Shown here piece after piece: positions 63,634 through 64,000 of a stretch of DNA of 64,000 bases. This DNA is from Candidatus Micrarchaeota archaeon (GTDB lineage Archaea; Micrarchaeota; Micrarchaeia; Micrarchaeales; CABMGC01): contig JAJZZD010000001.1 of NCBI GenBank assembly GCA_021797745.1, forward strand, positions 64,468 through 128,467. The letters run 5' to 3'. A program made the position numbers and the translations under genes. The notes under the pieces are model-generated. The model was not told the origin of the DNA, did not search any database, and saw nothing but the letters and a program-made list of their open reading frames with translations. Numbering within the stretch: position 1 is the first letter of the stretch; every line of letters starts with the position of its first letter.

Positions 63634-64000
63634 ATGCAGGTAAATATGGTCGGAGCGATAAACAATGCACTTGACATAATCCTCAGAGAAAACGACAAAG
63701 CGGTTTTACTGGGAGAAGACATAGGCAAAGACGGCGGAGTATTCCGCGTAACTGACGGTCTTCAGGCGAAATACGGAGAAAACAGGGTAATGGACACTCC
63801 GCTTGCAGAGTCTGCAATAATAGGAACGTCTATAGGAATGGCTCTGATGGGGATGCACCCGATACCCGAAATACAGTTTGCAGGGTTCATGTACCTCGCT
63901 TACGACCAGTTAGTGAGCCATGCTGCAAGGTACAGGACCAGAACAAGGTCAGCGTTTCAAATCCCTATGACTGTCAGGACCCCGGTAAGCGGGGGTGTAA
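63634..64000 (+). CDS. 2-oxoacid dehydrogenase E1 component, beta subunit (3' partial, runs off the window)
   Basis: Not in the ORF track because no stop falls in the window. ATG at 63634 directly follows the alpha-subunit stop. My translation 'MQVNMVGAINNALDIILRENDKAVLLGEDIGKDGGVFRVTDGLQAKYGENRVMDTPLAESAIIG' is a typical E1-beta N-terminus. Confidence 0.88.
   Translation, partial: MQVNMVGAINNALDIILRENDKAVLLGEDIGKDGGVFRVTDGLQAKYGENRVMDTPLAESAIIGTSIGMALMGMHPIPEIQFAGFMYLAYDQLVSHAARYRTRTRSAFQIPMTVRTPVSGGV

Noticed and set aside
1-64000. Searched by eye for CRISPR arrays, rRNA genes, transposases, integrases and terminal inverted repeats
   Set aside because: No regularly spaced direct repeats, no rRNA-like conserved stretches, and no DDE/tyrosine-recombinase motifs were seen in any tracked ORF.

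Overview
This window reads as a tightly packed archaeal chromosome segment. The evidence is FtsZ followed by SecE/Sec61-gamma, proteasome beta, aCPSF1, fibrillarin, a class-I CCA-adding enzyme, RtcB, Trm1 and intron-containing tRNAs. GC looks moderate by eye (not computed).

I support about 64 protein genes on both strands and 4 tRNA genes: Met-CAU, His-GUG, Leu-CAA and Ala-CGC. Three of the four tRNAs are interrupted. I recognised no rRNA, CRISPR array, transposase or integrase.

Functional blocks:
- Cell division and translocation: ftsZ-secE, followed by a truncated NFACT protein.
- Membrane H+-pyrophosphatase.
- Glycan export and modification: a GT2 plus two tandem MOP flippases, a carbamoyltransferase coupled to a GT-C enzyme, a second GT-C-like gene, and three sequon-rich surface proteins.
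- psmB followed by aCPSF1.
- A divergent RavA-like MoxR ATPase and VWA/MIDAS pair.
- A compact Lhr helicase, metallophosphoesterase and RNase HI operon, followed by a TPR-AAA ATPase.
- An M1 aminopeptidase.
- A two-component block: a REC protein with a degenerate GGDEF-like domain and a cytosolic GAF/PAS histidine kinase.
- RNA maturation genes: fibrillarin, RtcB, Trm1, Fap7-like kinase, CCA enzyme.
- Metal-related small genes: CDGSH, DUF1059, ferritin-like VIT1.
- An LplA-like gene followed by the E1-alpha and E1-beta genes of a 2-oxoacid dehydrogenase, running off the 3' edge.

The items most worth a second look are:
- the ATPase/VWA/small-ORF cluster
- the Lhr-MPE-RNase HI operon
- the degenerate GGDEF regulator
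- a tRNA-Leu with a 13-nt T-loop insertion
- a fibrillarin gene whose homology runs upstream of any canonical start codon
- an edge-truncated HerA/FtsK-type ATPase fused to a nuclease-like domain
- a low-GC gene placed directly after tRNA-Ala

All family assignments rest on motif recognition by eye. No searches were run.
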